Part shown: piece by piece, positions 39,158-47,959 of the stretch
Numbering within the stretch: the stretch's first letter is position 1
Layout: each line of letters opens with the position of its first letter
Assembly (NCBI GenBank): GCA_963703345.1
Contig: OY969814.1
Location: 1,120,001 to 1,184,000 of the forward strand
DNA: 64,000 bases
Direction of reading: 5' to 3'
Source of the DNA: an uncultured Chloroflexia bacterium
GTDB taxonomy: Bacteria; Chloroflexota; Dehalococcoidia; DSTF01; JALHUB01
Made by a program: the position numbers and the translations under genes
Notes under the pieces: generated by a model
The model's database searches: none
What the model saw: the letters and a program-made list of their open reading frames with translations, nothing else
Told to the model about the DNA's origin: nothing

Positions 39158-39631
39158 TCAGGATATGCCGGTGATGGTGAGCCGAATTGCGCCGGCCGGC
39201 GCCTCGACGTGGACGGCGTCGCCGACGCCCTTGCCGATGAGCGCTCGTCCCACCGGCGACTCGTTGCTGATACGGCCTTCCTTCGGCTCCGCCTCGGCGC
39301 TCCCGACGATGACGTACGTTTCCTTCGTCCCCTTGGCGGTGAGGACGGTCACATGAGAGCCCAACTGCGCCTTCTTGGAGCGATGGGCCTCCTCCTCGTT
39401 GATGATCTCCGCGTTCTGGATGATCTTCTCAAGCGTCAGGATGCGTCCCTCGACGAACGCCTGCTCGTTCTTGGCGTCTTCGTACTCGGCGTTGTTCTGA
39501 GTGCTGGCCAGCTCTTTGGCGGCGTGGATGCGCTCCGCGACCTCCTGGCGGCGGACCGTCTGCAGGTGCTCGAGCTCTTTCTCCAGCTTGGCCAGGCCTT
39601 CCTTCGTCAAAGGAACTGGCTTATCGGGCAT
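39158..39631 (-). CDS. greA: transcription elongation factor GreA (atypical coiled-coil tip)
   Basis: LTKEG...NAEYEDAK..Q...EGRI and ISNESPVGRALIG. Directly upstream of lysS. Confidence 0.9.
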   Translation of the reverse strand: MPDKPVPLTKEGLAKLEKELEHLQTVRRQEVAERIHAAKELASTQNNAEYEDAKNEQAFVEGRILTLEKIIQNAEIINEEEAHRSKKAQLGSHVTVLTAKGTKETYVIVGSAEAEPKEGRISNESPVGRALIGKGVGDAVHVEAPAGAIRLTITGIS

Positions 39632-39655
39632 CTCTTACGCTCCTGAAACAGATTC

Positions 39656-39687
39656 AAAAAAGAGACTGAGAGGCATCGCCCTCAGTC
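39656..39687 (-). terminator. intrinsic terminator within the greA 5' leader
   Basis: Minus strand GACTGAGGGC-GAT-GCCTCTCAGTC-TCTTTTTT, between the promoter and the start codon. Confidence 0.7.
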
Positions 39688-39712
39688 GTTGTCGGCCCGG
39701 ATGTTGGAAATA

Positions 39713-39742
39713 ATTATAGGAGACGCGGTCGGCGTTTGTAAA
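39713..39742 (-). promoter_or_regulatory. sigma70 promoter of greA
   Basis: TTTACA-18 bp-TATAAT on the minus strand. Confidence 0.6.
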
Positions 39743-39833
39743 GCTTTCCCGCCGGCGCCGGTGTTGAGGGGGCCCAGAGGTCGTGTTAGAATGACGGAGA
39801 TCAGGCCCAGGACCCAGTCGCGAAGCAGGCTTC

Positions 39834-40964
39834 ATGGAGCAACAAAGCCACCCTCCCCGACAGATACTGCTGGTTGTTGTCCTCGTGCTGATGGCCGGCA
39901 TCGCAGGCGGCCTCGCCGGGGCACTCCTGACGCACGAGCTCTCGAACGGGACCACCCCGGCGCCGCAAGCAGTCACTACGGTGGAGCAGCAGTACGTCAC
40001 GCTCAACGAGGATTCCGCCGTGACCAGCGCCGCCGACAAGGCGCTGCCCTCGGTGGTAACGATAGTCAACAAGCTCGGCGTCGATTCCGGTAGTTCGAGA
40101 TTGCTGACGGGGGAGAGCGCTTCCGGCTCGGGAGTCATCATCGACGACCACGGCTACATCGTGACGAACGAGCACGTCGTGCAGGGCGCTGGCGAAATAA
40201 CGGTCATCCTCCACGACGGCCGCGAGCTGCCGGCGACGCTCGTGAGCGCCGACGACCCGTTCACCGACATCGCCGTCATCAAGATCGAAGCCGACGGGCT
40301 CCAGGCGCTCCCCTGGGGCGACTCCGACGCCCTGAAGCTGGGGCAGAAAGTAGTAGCCATCGGCAGCGCCCTCAGCGAGTTTCGCGATTCAGTGACGACG
40401 GGCGTCGTCAGCGGCCTGCATCGGCGTTGGATGAGCCAGGGAGTCTACATGGAGGACCTGATCCAGACGGACGCGGCGGTTAACCACGGCAACAGCGGCG
40501 GCGCCCTCTTGACTGCTGAAGGCGAGCTGGTGGGACTGAACACGAGCGTCATTCGCAGCACCGACAGTGGCGAGACCGTCGAAGGTATCGCTTTCGCCAT
40601 CTCCAGCAGCGTCGCCGCGCCCATCGCCAGGACCATCGTCGAGCGGGGCAGCTACCCGCGCGCCTACCTGGGCATCTCTCACGAGGACATCACGCCGGAC
40701 ATCGGCGCGCTGGCGGGCCTTCTTGACGACCACGGCGCCGTAGTGGGACGTGTCACTTCTGGAGCGCCGGCGGCAGAGGCCGGAATACAGCAGGGCGATA
40801 TAATACTGCGAATGGGTGACATTGACGTGAACCAGGACATGCCGTTCATTAACGCTCTTGGCAGGCTGACACCCGGGCAACCTATCCCGGTGCTGCTCGA
40901 CCGGAACGGCAGGCAGATCACGGTGCAGGTCACGCCGCAAGAGCGAGAGAGGGCAACCCAATGA
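39834..40964 (+). CDS. HtrA-like serine protease with PDZ domain
   Basis: TNEHVV, DIAV, TDAAVNHGNSGG and an N-terminal TM segment. Confidence 0.92.
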   Translation: MEQQSHPPRQILLVVVLVLMAGIAGGLAGALLTHELSNGTTPAPQAVTTVEQQYVTLNEDSAVTSAADKALPSVVTIVNKLGVDSGSSRLLTGESASGSGVIIDDHGYIVTNEHVVQGAGEITVILHDGRELPATLVSADDPFTDIAVIKIEADGLQALPWGDSDALKLGQKVVAIGSALSEFRDSVTTGVVSGLHRRWMSQGVYMEDLIQTDAAVNHGNSGGALLTAEGELVGLNTSVIRSTDSGETVEGIAFAISSSVAAPIARTIVERGSYPRAYLGISHEDITPDIGALAGLLDDHGAVVGRVTSGAPAAEAGIQQGDIILRMGDIDVNQDMPFINALGRLTPGQPIPVLLDRNGRQITVQVTPQERERATQ

Positions 40965-42640
40965 GTCCGGAAGACGGCCCCTTCGGCGCGCCGCCGGATG
41001 ACCGCGGTCCCTTCGACGACCTGCTGCGCCCACAGCCGTCCGGCAGGCCGGCGGCCCCCGGCAGAGGCGGCATAGTCGCCCTGGCGATTCTCGTGTTGGG
41101 CGCGCTTCTCTTGGTGCTGGTCCTGCCTCCCATCTCGCTGCTGAGTCGCGGCGGTGGCGGCGGCAGCGGCAGCACGCCCAACATTAAGACGACGGCTCGA
41201 AAGGATATGCCGCAACTGCCGAAGGGACTGGAGGCGGTAAGCGCCTTCTATGACGTCTCGGTCTCCGGCCACATTCAGGGGCCGGAGACGATCACGTTGC
41301 AGCTAGCCGATACGATAAGCGACGGGCGGAATCTGTCCGCCTACACGCAGCAGAAGGGGGAATGGCGCCGACTCGGCGACGCGAGCCTGGGTGCCAGCGG
41401 TAGCGTCGTCGAAGCGAAAGTTGACGATATTCCGTCGAACATCGTAATCCTGAAGCGCGGCGCCTCCGCGCGACAGCTCATCGGCTATCTGCCCGCCGGT
41501 GCCAACATCAGCGTTACGGCGGCGCAGGCCCTCTCCGTCGTCGATCCGGTTGACTTCTCGCCGCAGTCCGATGGGTCGCTCGCTGGCAGCCCCACGTCGG
41601 CGTCGCTGCCGACCGGCCTGCCTGTGCGGCCGTGCATCCGCGCCAGCGGCTCCGACGGCGCGTCCGCGGTCAACGCCATCATGGCTTCGCCGGACCTGCG
41701 GGCCGAGCACGTGGACGCCATTCTAACGATGGTCGAGGCGGGCCACTACGACGGCGTCGAGATCGACTACGGTTCCATCGATCCCTTGCGCAAGGACGGT
41801 TTCAGCGAGTTCATCAGCAATCTAGCCGAGCAGCTCCACCGGCGGCGTCTCGTTCTGACGGTGACGGCGCCTCTGCCGGAGCAACAGGGCTCGGCCTGGA
41901 ACACCGGCGCCTACGACTGGGCGCGTCTCTCGCAGGTTGCCGACTTGATCGAGTTGGCGCCCGAGGCGGACCCTTCCGTCTACTATAAGAAGACGGAGGC
42001 GGCGCTCCAGTACCTCATCGATGACAGCAAGGTTGCACCCGCGAAGCTGGTCCTGCGGATCAACCCCCTCAGCGTGGAAAAGGGCGGCGAAGGGATCCGC
42101 TCCCTGACCGGGCTGGAGGCGCTGGCCATCGGCAGCGTGCTGTCGGCGGACAAGACGGACGGCGTTCGCCCCGGCGAGGCAGTCGAAGTTAAGGCCACGA
42201 ACATCGACACGGCAGACGGCGCCACAGGCATCGGTTGGGACGCCGAAGCTGAAGCGGTCTCCTTCGTCTACCCGGGCCTCGGCGGCGCCCGCACGGTTTG
42301 GCTGGAGAACGCCTTCAGCATCGCTTTCAAGCTGGAGATAACGCAGAGCTTCAATCTCGGCGGCATTGCCATCGAAGACGTTTCCGACTCTGTTGGCGGC
42401 GCTGACATCTGGCCGGTCATCGGGGGCTTCCTGGACAGCGGCAAGGCCTCGCTGGCCCGGCCGAACGGGTCGCTCCTCGTCCCGCAGTGGGAAGCCGATG
42501 GCGGCAGCCTGGAGAGCAAAGACACGGGCGCGGTCACCTGGGTGGCACCCGACGAGCCCGGCGAATATCATCTCACCCTCATCATCAGCGACGGCGTGGC
42601 CCGTATCGGCCAGCGCCTCGTCCTGACGGTCGGGTCCTGA
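40961..42640 (+). CDS. membrane-anchored GH18-like protein
   Basis: YDGVEIDY strand-4 motif, GAYDW, FKL...LGGIA. N-terminal TM and C-terminal Ig/PKD-like WVAP..PGEY. Confidence 0.65.
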   Translation: MSPEDGPFGAPPDDRGPFDDLLRPQPSGRPAAPGRGGIVALAILVLGALLLVLVLPPISLLSRGGGGGSGSTPNIKTTARKDMPQLPKGLEAVSAFYDVSVSGHIQGPETITLQLADTISDGRNLSAYTQQKGEWRRLGDASLGASGSVVEAKVDDIPSNIVILKRGASARQLIGYLPAGANISVTAAQALSVVDPVDFSPQSDGSLAGSPTSASLPTGLPVRPCIRASGSDGASAVNAIMASPDLRAEHVDAILTMVEAGHYDGVEIDYGSIDPLRKDGFSEFISNLAEQLHRRRLVLTVTAPLPEQQGSAWNTGAYDWARLSQVADLIELAPEADPSVYYKKTEAALQYLIDDSKVAPAKLVLRINPLSVEKGGEGIRSLTGLEALAIGSVLSADKTDGVRPGEAVEVKATNIDTADGATGIGWDAEAEAVSFVYPGLGGARTVWLENAFSIAFKLEITQSFNLGGIAIEDVSDSVGGADIWPVIGGFLDSGKASLARPNGSLLVPQWEADGGSLESKDTGAVTWVAPDEPGEYHLTLIISDGVARIGQRLVLTVGS

Positions 42641-42697
42641 GTGCGACCGCGACCTCTCGATTCGGCTTAAAGCAGCACAAGGAGAGAAAGCGGAGCC

Positions 42698-43249
42698 GTG
42701 CGCGTGATTGCCGGGGCAGCCAGGGGCAGGCGCCTGAAGGGCGGCGGTGAGCGCGGCCTGCGCGCAACCTCCGACCTGGTTCGTGGCGCCGTGTTCGACA
42801 TCTTGCAGTCGATGGGCGGCGACTTGTCGCGCGTGCTCGACCTCTACGCCGGGACCGGTGCGCTTGGCATCGAGGCGCTGAGCCGCGGTGCCGGCTGGTG
42901 CGACTTCGTCGAGAAGGAGGCGCGCTTCTGCCGGGTCATCCACGAGAACCTGGAAGCGTCCGGCTTCGCCGAGAAGGCAGCAGTTTTCTGTCTTCCGGCG
43001 GAAAGGGTCTTGACGAAACTGAGCGGCGAGTATAGCCTCATTTTGGCTGATCCGCCCTATCAGGACGAGAAGGCAGACGCGGTGCTGGAAAGCGTCGCCG
43101 CCTCGTCGCTCGTAGGGCCGGAAACCGTCGTCGTGTTGGAGCACTCTAAGCGTAAGACGCCGCCGGACGCTCTCGGCAGTCTCAGCCTGGCGACGAGCCG
43201 GCGGCACGGAGACACGGTGATCTCCATCTATCGTTCAGGAGGCGGCTAG
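42698..43249 (+). CDS. rsmD: 16S rRNA m2G966 methyltransferase
   Basis: MRVIAG.ARGR, LDLYAGTGALGIEALSRGA, DPPY. Upstream of coaD. Confidence 0.93.
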   Translation: MRVIAGAARGRRLKGGGERGLRATSDLVRGAVFDILQSMGGDLSRVLDLYAGTGALGIEALSRGAGWCDFVEKEARFCRVIHENLEASGFAEKAAVFCLPAERVLTKLSGEYSLILADPPYQDEKADAVLESVAASSLVGPETVVVLEHSKRKTPPDALGSLSLATSRRHGDTVISIYRSGGG

Positions 43250-43755
43250 TGGTTATCGCCATGTACCCGGGCCGGTTCGACCCCGTTACGAACGGCCATC
43301 TCGACATCGTGCGCCGCGCGGCGTCCATGTTCGACCGTGTCGTCGTGGCAGTCTTCGATATGAAGAACCACGACGTGCTCTTCTCGACCGCTGAGCGAGT
43401 AGAGTTGTTCCGGGCGGCCGTGCGTGATCTGCCGTCGGTGAGCGTCGAGCCGTTCAGCGGGCTGACGGTGGCATTTGCTCGCGAGCAGGGCGCGACGGTG
43501 CTGGTGCGCGGAATTCGCGCCGTCACCGGCTTCGAGACCGAGTTCGACATGGCTCTGATGAACAAGAAGATCGCGCCCGAGATCGAGTCGGTCTATCTCA
43601 TGGCTAGTCTCGACCACCTTTTCATTAGCGGGACGCGAATCCGCGAAGTGGCCCGCCTTGGCTACAATGTCGCGGACCTGGTGCCGGCGCACGTTTCCCA
43701 GGCGCTGACCGAGAAGATCTTCGGCATGGCTAGGCCTGCTTCGCGCGGAGGTTGA
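43249..43755 (+). CDS. coaD: pantetheine-phosphate adenylyltransferase
   Basis: YPGRFDPVTNGHLDI, VRGIR. Confidence 0.95.
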   Translation: MVIAMYPGRFDPVTNGHLDIVRRAASMFDRVVVAVFDMKNHDVLFSTAERVELFRAAVRDLPSVSVEPFSGLTVAFAREQGATVLVRGIRAVTGFETEFDMALMNKKIAPEIESVYLMASLDHLFISGTRIREVARLGYNVADLVPAHVSQALTEKIFGMARPASRGG

Positions 43756-43758
43756 GCT

Positions 43759-44286
43759 ATCGACATTCTGTATCTCATCGACCGTCTGGAGGAACTGGTC
43801 GCGGAAGGCACCAAGCTGCCCATCGGCGGCCGCGTCGCTATCGACCGGCGCCGGCTCCTCGATCTGATCGACCAGATGCGGGTGGCTGCTCCGATGGAGC
43901 TGCGGGAGGCGCAGGAGCTCCTGGCGCAGAAGGACGACCTGCTGCTTAAGGCGCGCGAGGAGTCGCAGCATCTGGTGGCGCAGGCGCAGGAAGATGTTGA
44001 GTCGCGTCTGACGGACAACGGGCTCGTCAAGGCGGCGGAAGTGAAGGCGGCGGAGATCATTCAGGAAGCGGAGCGGCAAGCGGAAGCAATGCTGCGGGAA
44101 ACGGAGGAGCGGATCCGGACGCGCTTCGGTGCGGCGGAGACGGTGGCGGCGCAGCAGATGGAGGAGGCGGACCGCTATACGCTGGAGATGCTGCGGAAGC
44201 TGGAATCGCAGCTATCGGCGTTCCTGGGCAGTGTGCGCGCCGGCGTCGACAGCATGGAGAACAAGGCGCAGGAGCGCGTCCGCTAG
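43759..44286 (+). CDS. coiled-coil DivIVA/SepIVA-like protein, probable ATC start
   Basis: Frame is open from ATC GAC ATT CTG TAT CTC ATC GAC CGT CTG GAG (xDILYLIDRLEELV). GGAGGT lies 6 nt upstream. The ORF track starts it at 43876. Confidence 0.7.
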   Translation: MDILYLIDRLEELVAEGTKLPIGGRVAIDRRRLLDLIDQMRVAAPMELREAQELLAQKDDLLLKAREESQHLVAQAQEDVESRLTDNGLVKAAEVKAAEIIQEAERQAEAMLRETEERIRTRFGAAETVAAQQMEEADRYTLEMLRKLESQLSAFLGSVRAGVDSMENKAQERVR

Positions 44287-44338
44287 GCGCTCACGACGCC
44301 GCGTCGAGATCCATGGGACGTTCGATTCCCCGAAGCTC

Positions 44339-44389
44339 CGTGCGCTGATCGCGTTCTCGTTGCGCTCCTCGCTTCGCTCGTCGCGCCGA
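44339..44389. repeat. intergenic REP-like repeat, copy B (empty form)
   Basis: CGTGCGCTGATCGCGTTCTCGTTGCGCTCCTCGCTTCGCTCGTCGCGCCGA, matching 13549-13618 without the insertions. Lies between convergent genes. Confidence 0.8.
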
Positions 44390-44406
44390 AACGGCGACGC
44401 GTCGTC

Positions 44407-46878
44407 TTAGTGGACAACCACGTTCACCAGCCGCCCCGGCACGTAGACGACCTTCGCGATCGACTTCCCCCCTACGTACGGCTGCACCTTCGCGCTCGAT
44501 AGCGCCAGCTCCTTCGCCTGCTCCTCGCTGACGTTGACAGGCGCCAGGATGCGGTCGCGCACCTTGCCGTTCACCTGCACCACCAGCGTGATCTCCTCCT
44601 CGGCGGCAAGCTTCGCGTCCCACTCCGGCCAGCGCTGGTTGTGGATGCTGTAGGCGTTGCCCGTGCGCTGCCACAGCTCCTCTGCCAGATGCGGCGCCGA
44701 CGGCGCGAGCAGCAGCATCAGCGACGACATCGCTTCTCGCCAACCCGCCTCGTCGACAGGGCCGCTCTCCCTGAGCCGCGCCAGGTAGTTCGTGTACTCC
44801 ATCAGCGCTGCGACCATCGTGTTGAAGCGGAAGCGCTCCACGTCCTCCGTCACCCTGCGGATCGTCTTGTGTGTCATCCGGCGCAGCTCGCGCACCTGCG
44901 ACGCCTCCGCCTGCCTGCCGGTAGGCATGGCCTGCCGCGTCGTGTCCGCCGGCGACAGCACCAGGTTCCAGACGCGATTCAGCCAGCGCGAGATGCCCGC
45001 GAGGCCGGAGTCGTCCCATTCGCCGCCCTGGTCCCACGGCCCGATGAACATGAGGTAGACGCGCACCGCGTCGGCGCCCTGCCGCGACACGTAGTCGTCC
45101 GGCGCCACGACGTTGCCGCGCGATTTGCTCATCTTCGCCTTGCCCGCGATTATCGTCCCCTGGTTGAACAGGCGCGTGAACGGCTCTCGGAAGTCCACCA
45201 CGCCCAGATCGCGCGCCGCCCGGGCAAAGAATCGCGAGTAAAGCAGGTGCATCACCGCATGCTCCGCGCCGCCCGTGTACTGGTCGACGGGCAGCCACTT
45301 ATGCGCCAGTTCCCGCGATACCACCTGCTCGCGATCATGCGGATCGACGTAGCGGTACATATACCAGCTCGAGCAGACGAAGGTGTCCATCGTGTCCGTC
45401 TCGCGACGGGACGGCTCGCCGCAGATCGGGCAGGCGGCGTTCACGAAGCCCTGATGACGCGCCAGCGGCGATTCCCCCGTGGGCTTGAACTCGGCGTCCT
45501 GCGGCAAGAGCACCGGCAGGTCTTTCTCCGGCACCGGCACCTCGCCGTGCTTCTCGCAGTGGATGATCGGAATCGGCGCGCCCCAGTAGCGCTGCCGCGA
45601 CAGCAACCAGTCGCGGATGCGATAGTTGACGGTCGGCCCGCCCCAGCCGCGCTCCTCCAGGTGCTTCGTCACCGCCGCCTTGCCCTCCTCGTTGGGCAGG
45701 ACGTCGAACGGTCCGGAGTTCACCATCGCGCCGGGCTCGACGTACGCCTCCGTCAGCGGCTCGCCCTTCCAGTCGGGGGGGGCGATGACGACGCGGATGG
45801 GAATGCCGTACTTTTGCGCGAACTCGAAGTCGCGCTGGTCATGCGCCGGCACGCCCATGACGATGCCCGTGCCGTAGGTCAGCAGCACGTAGTCGGCGAT
45901 GAGGATGGGCACGTTCTCGCCGTTCAGCAGGTTCGTGCAGTAGGCGCCCGTGAAGACGCCCGTCTTCTCCCGCTCCGTCGATAGCCGCTCGATCTCCGTC
46001 GCGCGACGGCTCCGCTCGACGTACTCGTTCACCTCCGCCCGGTGCTCCGGCGTCGTTATGTGCGGCACCAGCGGATGCTCCGGCGCCATCACCATGAAGG
46101 TGACGCCGTAGATCGTGTCCGGCCGAGTCGTGAAGACGCGGATCTGATTGTTGTCGACCTCCGGCGATTGGAGGCCGAAGGCGATCATCGTTCCCTCGCT
46201 GCGGCCGATCCAGTTACGCTGCATCGTGACGATCCGCTCTGGCCATTCGATCTCGCTGAAGTCCAGCAGATCGTCGGCGTAGCGCGTGATGCGGAAGAAC
46301 CACTGCGCCAGGTTCCGGCGCGTCACCGGCGTGTGGCAGCGCTCGCAGGTGCCGTCCGGCAAGACCTGCTCGTTGGCCAGCACCGTCTGACAGGAAGGAC
46401 ACCAGTTGGCGGGCGCCAGCGCGCGATAGGCGAGGTCGTTCTTATAGAGCTGGAGGAACCACCACTGCGTCCACTTATAGTATTCGGGGTCCGAAGTGAC
46501 CACCTCGCGCGACCAGTCGAATATCGCCCCCATCGACTTGAGCTGACGCCGCATGTTCTCGATGTTGCGGGCCGTCCAGACGTAAGGGTGGGTCTGCAGC
46601 TTGATAGCGGCGTTCTCCGCCGGCAGACCGAACGAGTCGAAGCCCATGGGGAAGAGGACGTTGTAGCCGCGCATTCGCTTGTAGCGCGCCTGAACGTCGG
46701 AAGGCGCCATGGCGTACCAGTGGCCGACGTGAAGGTCGCCGGAGGTGTAGGGGAACATGGTGAGCGCGTACCACTTCGGGCGCGGGTCGTCGTCCGGCGT
46801 GCGATACAGCTCGTCGGCTTCCCAGCGCGCCTGCCACTTCCGCTCGATCTCCGGCGGATTGTACCTATCTTCCGTCAT
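44407..46878 (-). CDS. leuS: leucine--tRNA ligase
   Basis: MFPYTSGDLHVGH, FTTRPDT, DWLLSRQRYWG, KMSKS. Confidence 0.97.
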   Translation of the reverse strand: MTEDRYNPPEIERKWQARWEADELYRTPDDDPRPKWYALTMFPYTSGDLHVGHWYAMAPSDVQARYKRMRGYNVLFPMGFDSFGLPAENAAIKLQTHPYVWTARNIENMRRQLKSMGAIFDWSREVVTSDPEYYKWTQWWFLQLYKNDLAYRALAPANWCPSCQTVLANEQVLPDGTCERCHTPVTRRNLAQWFFRITRYADDLLDFSEIEWPERIVTMQRNWIGRSEGTMIAFGLQSPEVDNNQIRVFTTRPDTIYGVTFMVMAPEHPLVPHITTPEHRAEVNEYVERSRRATEIERLSTEREKTGVFTGAYCTNLLNGENVPILIADYVLLTYGTGIVMGVPAHDQRDFEFAQKYGIPIRVVIAPPDWKGEPLTEAYVEPGAMVNSGPFDVLPNEEGKAAVTKHLEERGWGGPTVNYRIRDWLLSRQRYWGAPIPIIHCEKHGEVPVPEKDLPVLLPQDAEFKPTGESPLARHQGFVNAACPICGEPSRRETDTMDTFVCSSWYMYRYVDPHDREQVVSRELAHKWLPVDQYTGGAEHAVMHLLYSRFFARAARDLGVVDFREPFTRLFNQGTIIAGKAKMSKSRGNVVAPDDYVSRQGADAVRVYLMFIGPWDQGGEWDDSGLAGISRWLNRVWNLVLSPADTTRQAMPTGRQAEASQVRELRRMTHKTIRRVTEDVERFRFNTMVAALMEYTNYLARLRESGPVDEAGWREAMSSLMLLLAPSAPHLAEELWQRTGNAYSIHNQRWPEWDAKLAAEEEITLVVQVNGKVRDRILAPVNVSEEQAKELALSSAKVQPYVGGKSIAKVVYVPGRLVNVVVH
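44910..44930. repeat. 21-nt palindrome in frame within leuS
   Basis: CCTGCCTGCCGGTAGGCATGG, read as (A)MPTGRQ(A) in LeuS. Confidence 0.6.
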
Positions 46879-47344
46879 TGTGGTCCCTCTTCGTCTCTTC
46901 GGGCTCGCGTTCTATCAGCAGCGGCACGTGCCTCTCCAGGAAGTCGTCGATTGCCTGTACGACCGGTCGCGCCTCCAGCAGCAGGAAGATGAGCAGCGAT
47001 CCGAGGAGCGCCGCCCAGTAGAGATGCCTCCCCACCGCCATGCCGATCGCCGCCGCCGACCAGACCGTCGCCGCCGTCGTGATGCCCTTTATCGTGTAGC
47101 CTTCGCGGAAGATGACGCCCGCGCCCAGGAAACCCACGCCGGTCACGATGCCCGCGGCGGTGCGGTCTTCGCCGCGGGTCAATACCGATATCTCCGTGAA
47201 CAGCGACGCGCCGAGGGCGACCAGCGCCATCGTTCGGACGCCGGCCGGGTAGCCGCGCAGCTCCCGCTCGATGCCGATGAACCCGCCGAGCATCGCCGCC
47301 AGCAGCATCCTCAGGAAGATCGCCAGTTGGTCAACCGCGTCCAT
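46865..47344 (-). CDS. MgtC/SapB family membrane protein
   Basis: IGIERE, AGVRT, IVTGVGFLGAG, GITTAATVW. Confidence 0.9.
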   Translation of the reverse strand: MDAVDQLAIFLRMLLAAMLGGFIGIERELRGYPAGVRTMALVALGASLFTEISVLTRGEDRTAAGIVTGVGFLGAGVIFREGYTIKGITTAATVWSAAAIGMAVGRHLYWAALLGSLLIFLLLEARPVVQAIDDFLERHVPLLIEREPEETKRDHNDGR

Positions 47345-47450
47345 ATATTCGCCGATAGCTGAAAGCCCCCCGCCCACAGGAACGGAGGGCTGCTCTGCGG
47401 TGCGACCGCTTCCCGATCCTTCGTGGGAAGGATACGCGCTCAGGGGGAAT

Positions 47451-47526
47451 TGGTGGAGCTGGGGGGATTCGAACCCCCTACCTACTGCCTGCCAGGCAGT
47501 CGCTCTCCCGATTGAGCTACAGCCCC
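47451..47526 (-). tRNA. tRNA-Ala(GGC)
   Basis: Reverse complement GGGGCTGTAGCTCAATCGGGAGAGCG-ACTGC-CT-GGC-AG-GCAGT...GGTTCGAATCC...CTCCACCA. Confidence 0.95.
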
Positions 47527-47628
47527 ATTCCCGAACCTCAGTTTAGCGAAGAAACGCTGCCATCGCAAGCACGAAACGGCAAAGCAAGGGCTGCTACACT
47601 TGATGCCTCGTCGAGTTGCGCAACCACC

Positions 47629-47875
47629 GGGAGTCCAGAGGGGCGGAGCCCCTTTGGCGGGGGCGACAGGGGGTGTCCCCCTTGATTCGTTGTGCAACGT
47701 GGCTGGATAGGTGGAAAACAAGAACGATCTTTCCCATCACCCTCTCACGCCATGTGGATGTCTCTGCGATTCGCCGGTGTCGAGGAATTGCAAAGGGATT
47801 CCTCCCTTTGCCGGGGTTTCAAAGGGGTGTCCCCTTTGAGATTCATGTAAACCTTCCTGGGCGGGTGGGCGGGAA
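47629..47875. repeat. two further copies of the GGGGGTGTCCCC intergenic repeat
   Basis: 47629-47686 and 47783-47875 share the hairpin + GGGGTGTCCCC layout with 36764-36850. The second also has the GGGCGGGTGGG tail. Confidence 0.6.
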
Positions 47876-47959
47876 GCACACCATTCATCAGTCCGAAGCG
47901 GCAGCCCCGCGGGGGGCCGGGCTGACGTCGGAAGCCCGCTGCCAGGCGAAAGGACTTCA

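Noticed and set aside
43753-43755. Selenocysteine recoding of the coaD TGA
   Set aside because: CoaD is already full length, the position is not Cys-like, and no clear SECIS hairpin follows.
2024-46992. Many long antisense or alternate-frame ORFs (e.g. 2024-3466, 4564-6006, 23054-24730, 28915-30366, 44641-45984)
   Set aside because: They are shadows of well-supported genes, expected in high-GC DNA, and carry no family motifs.
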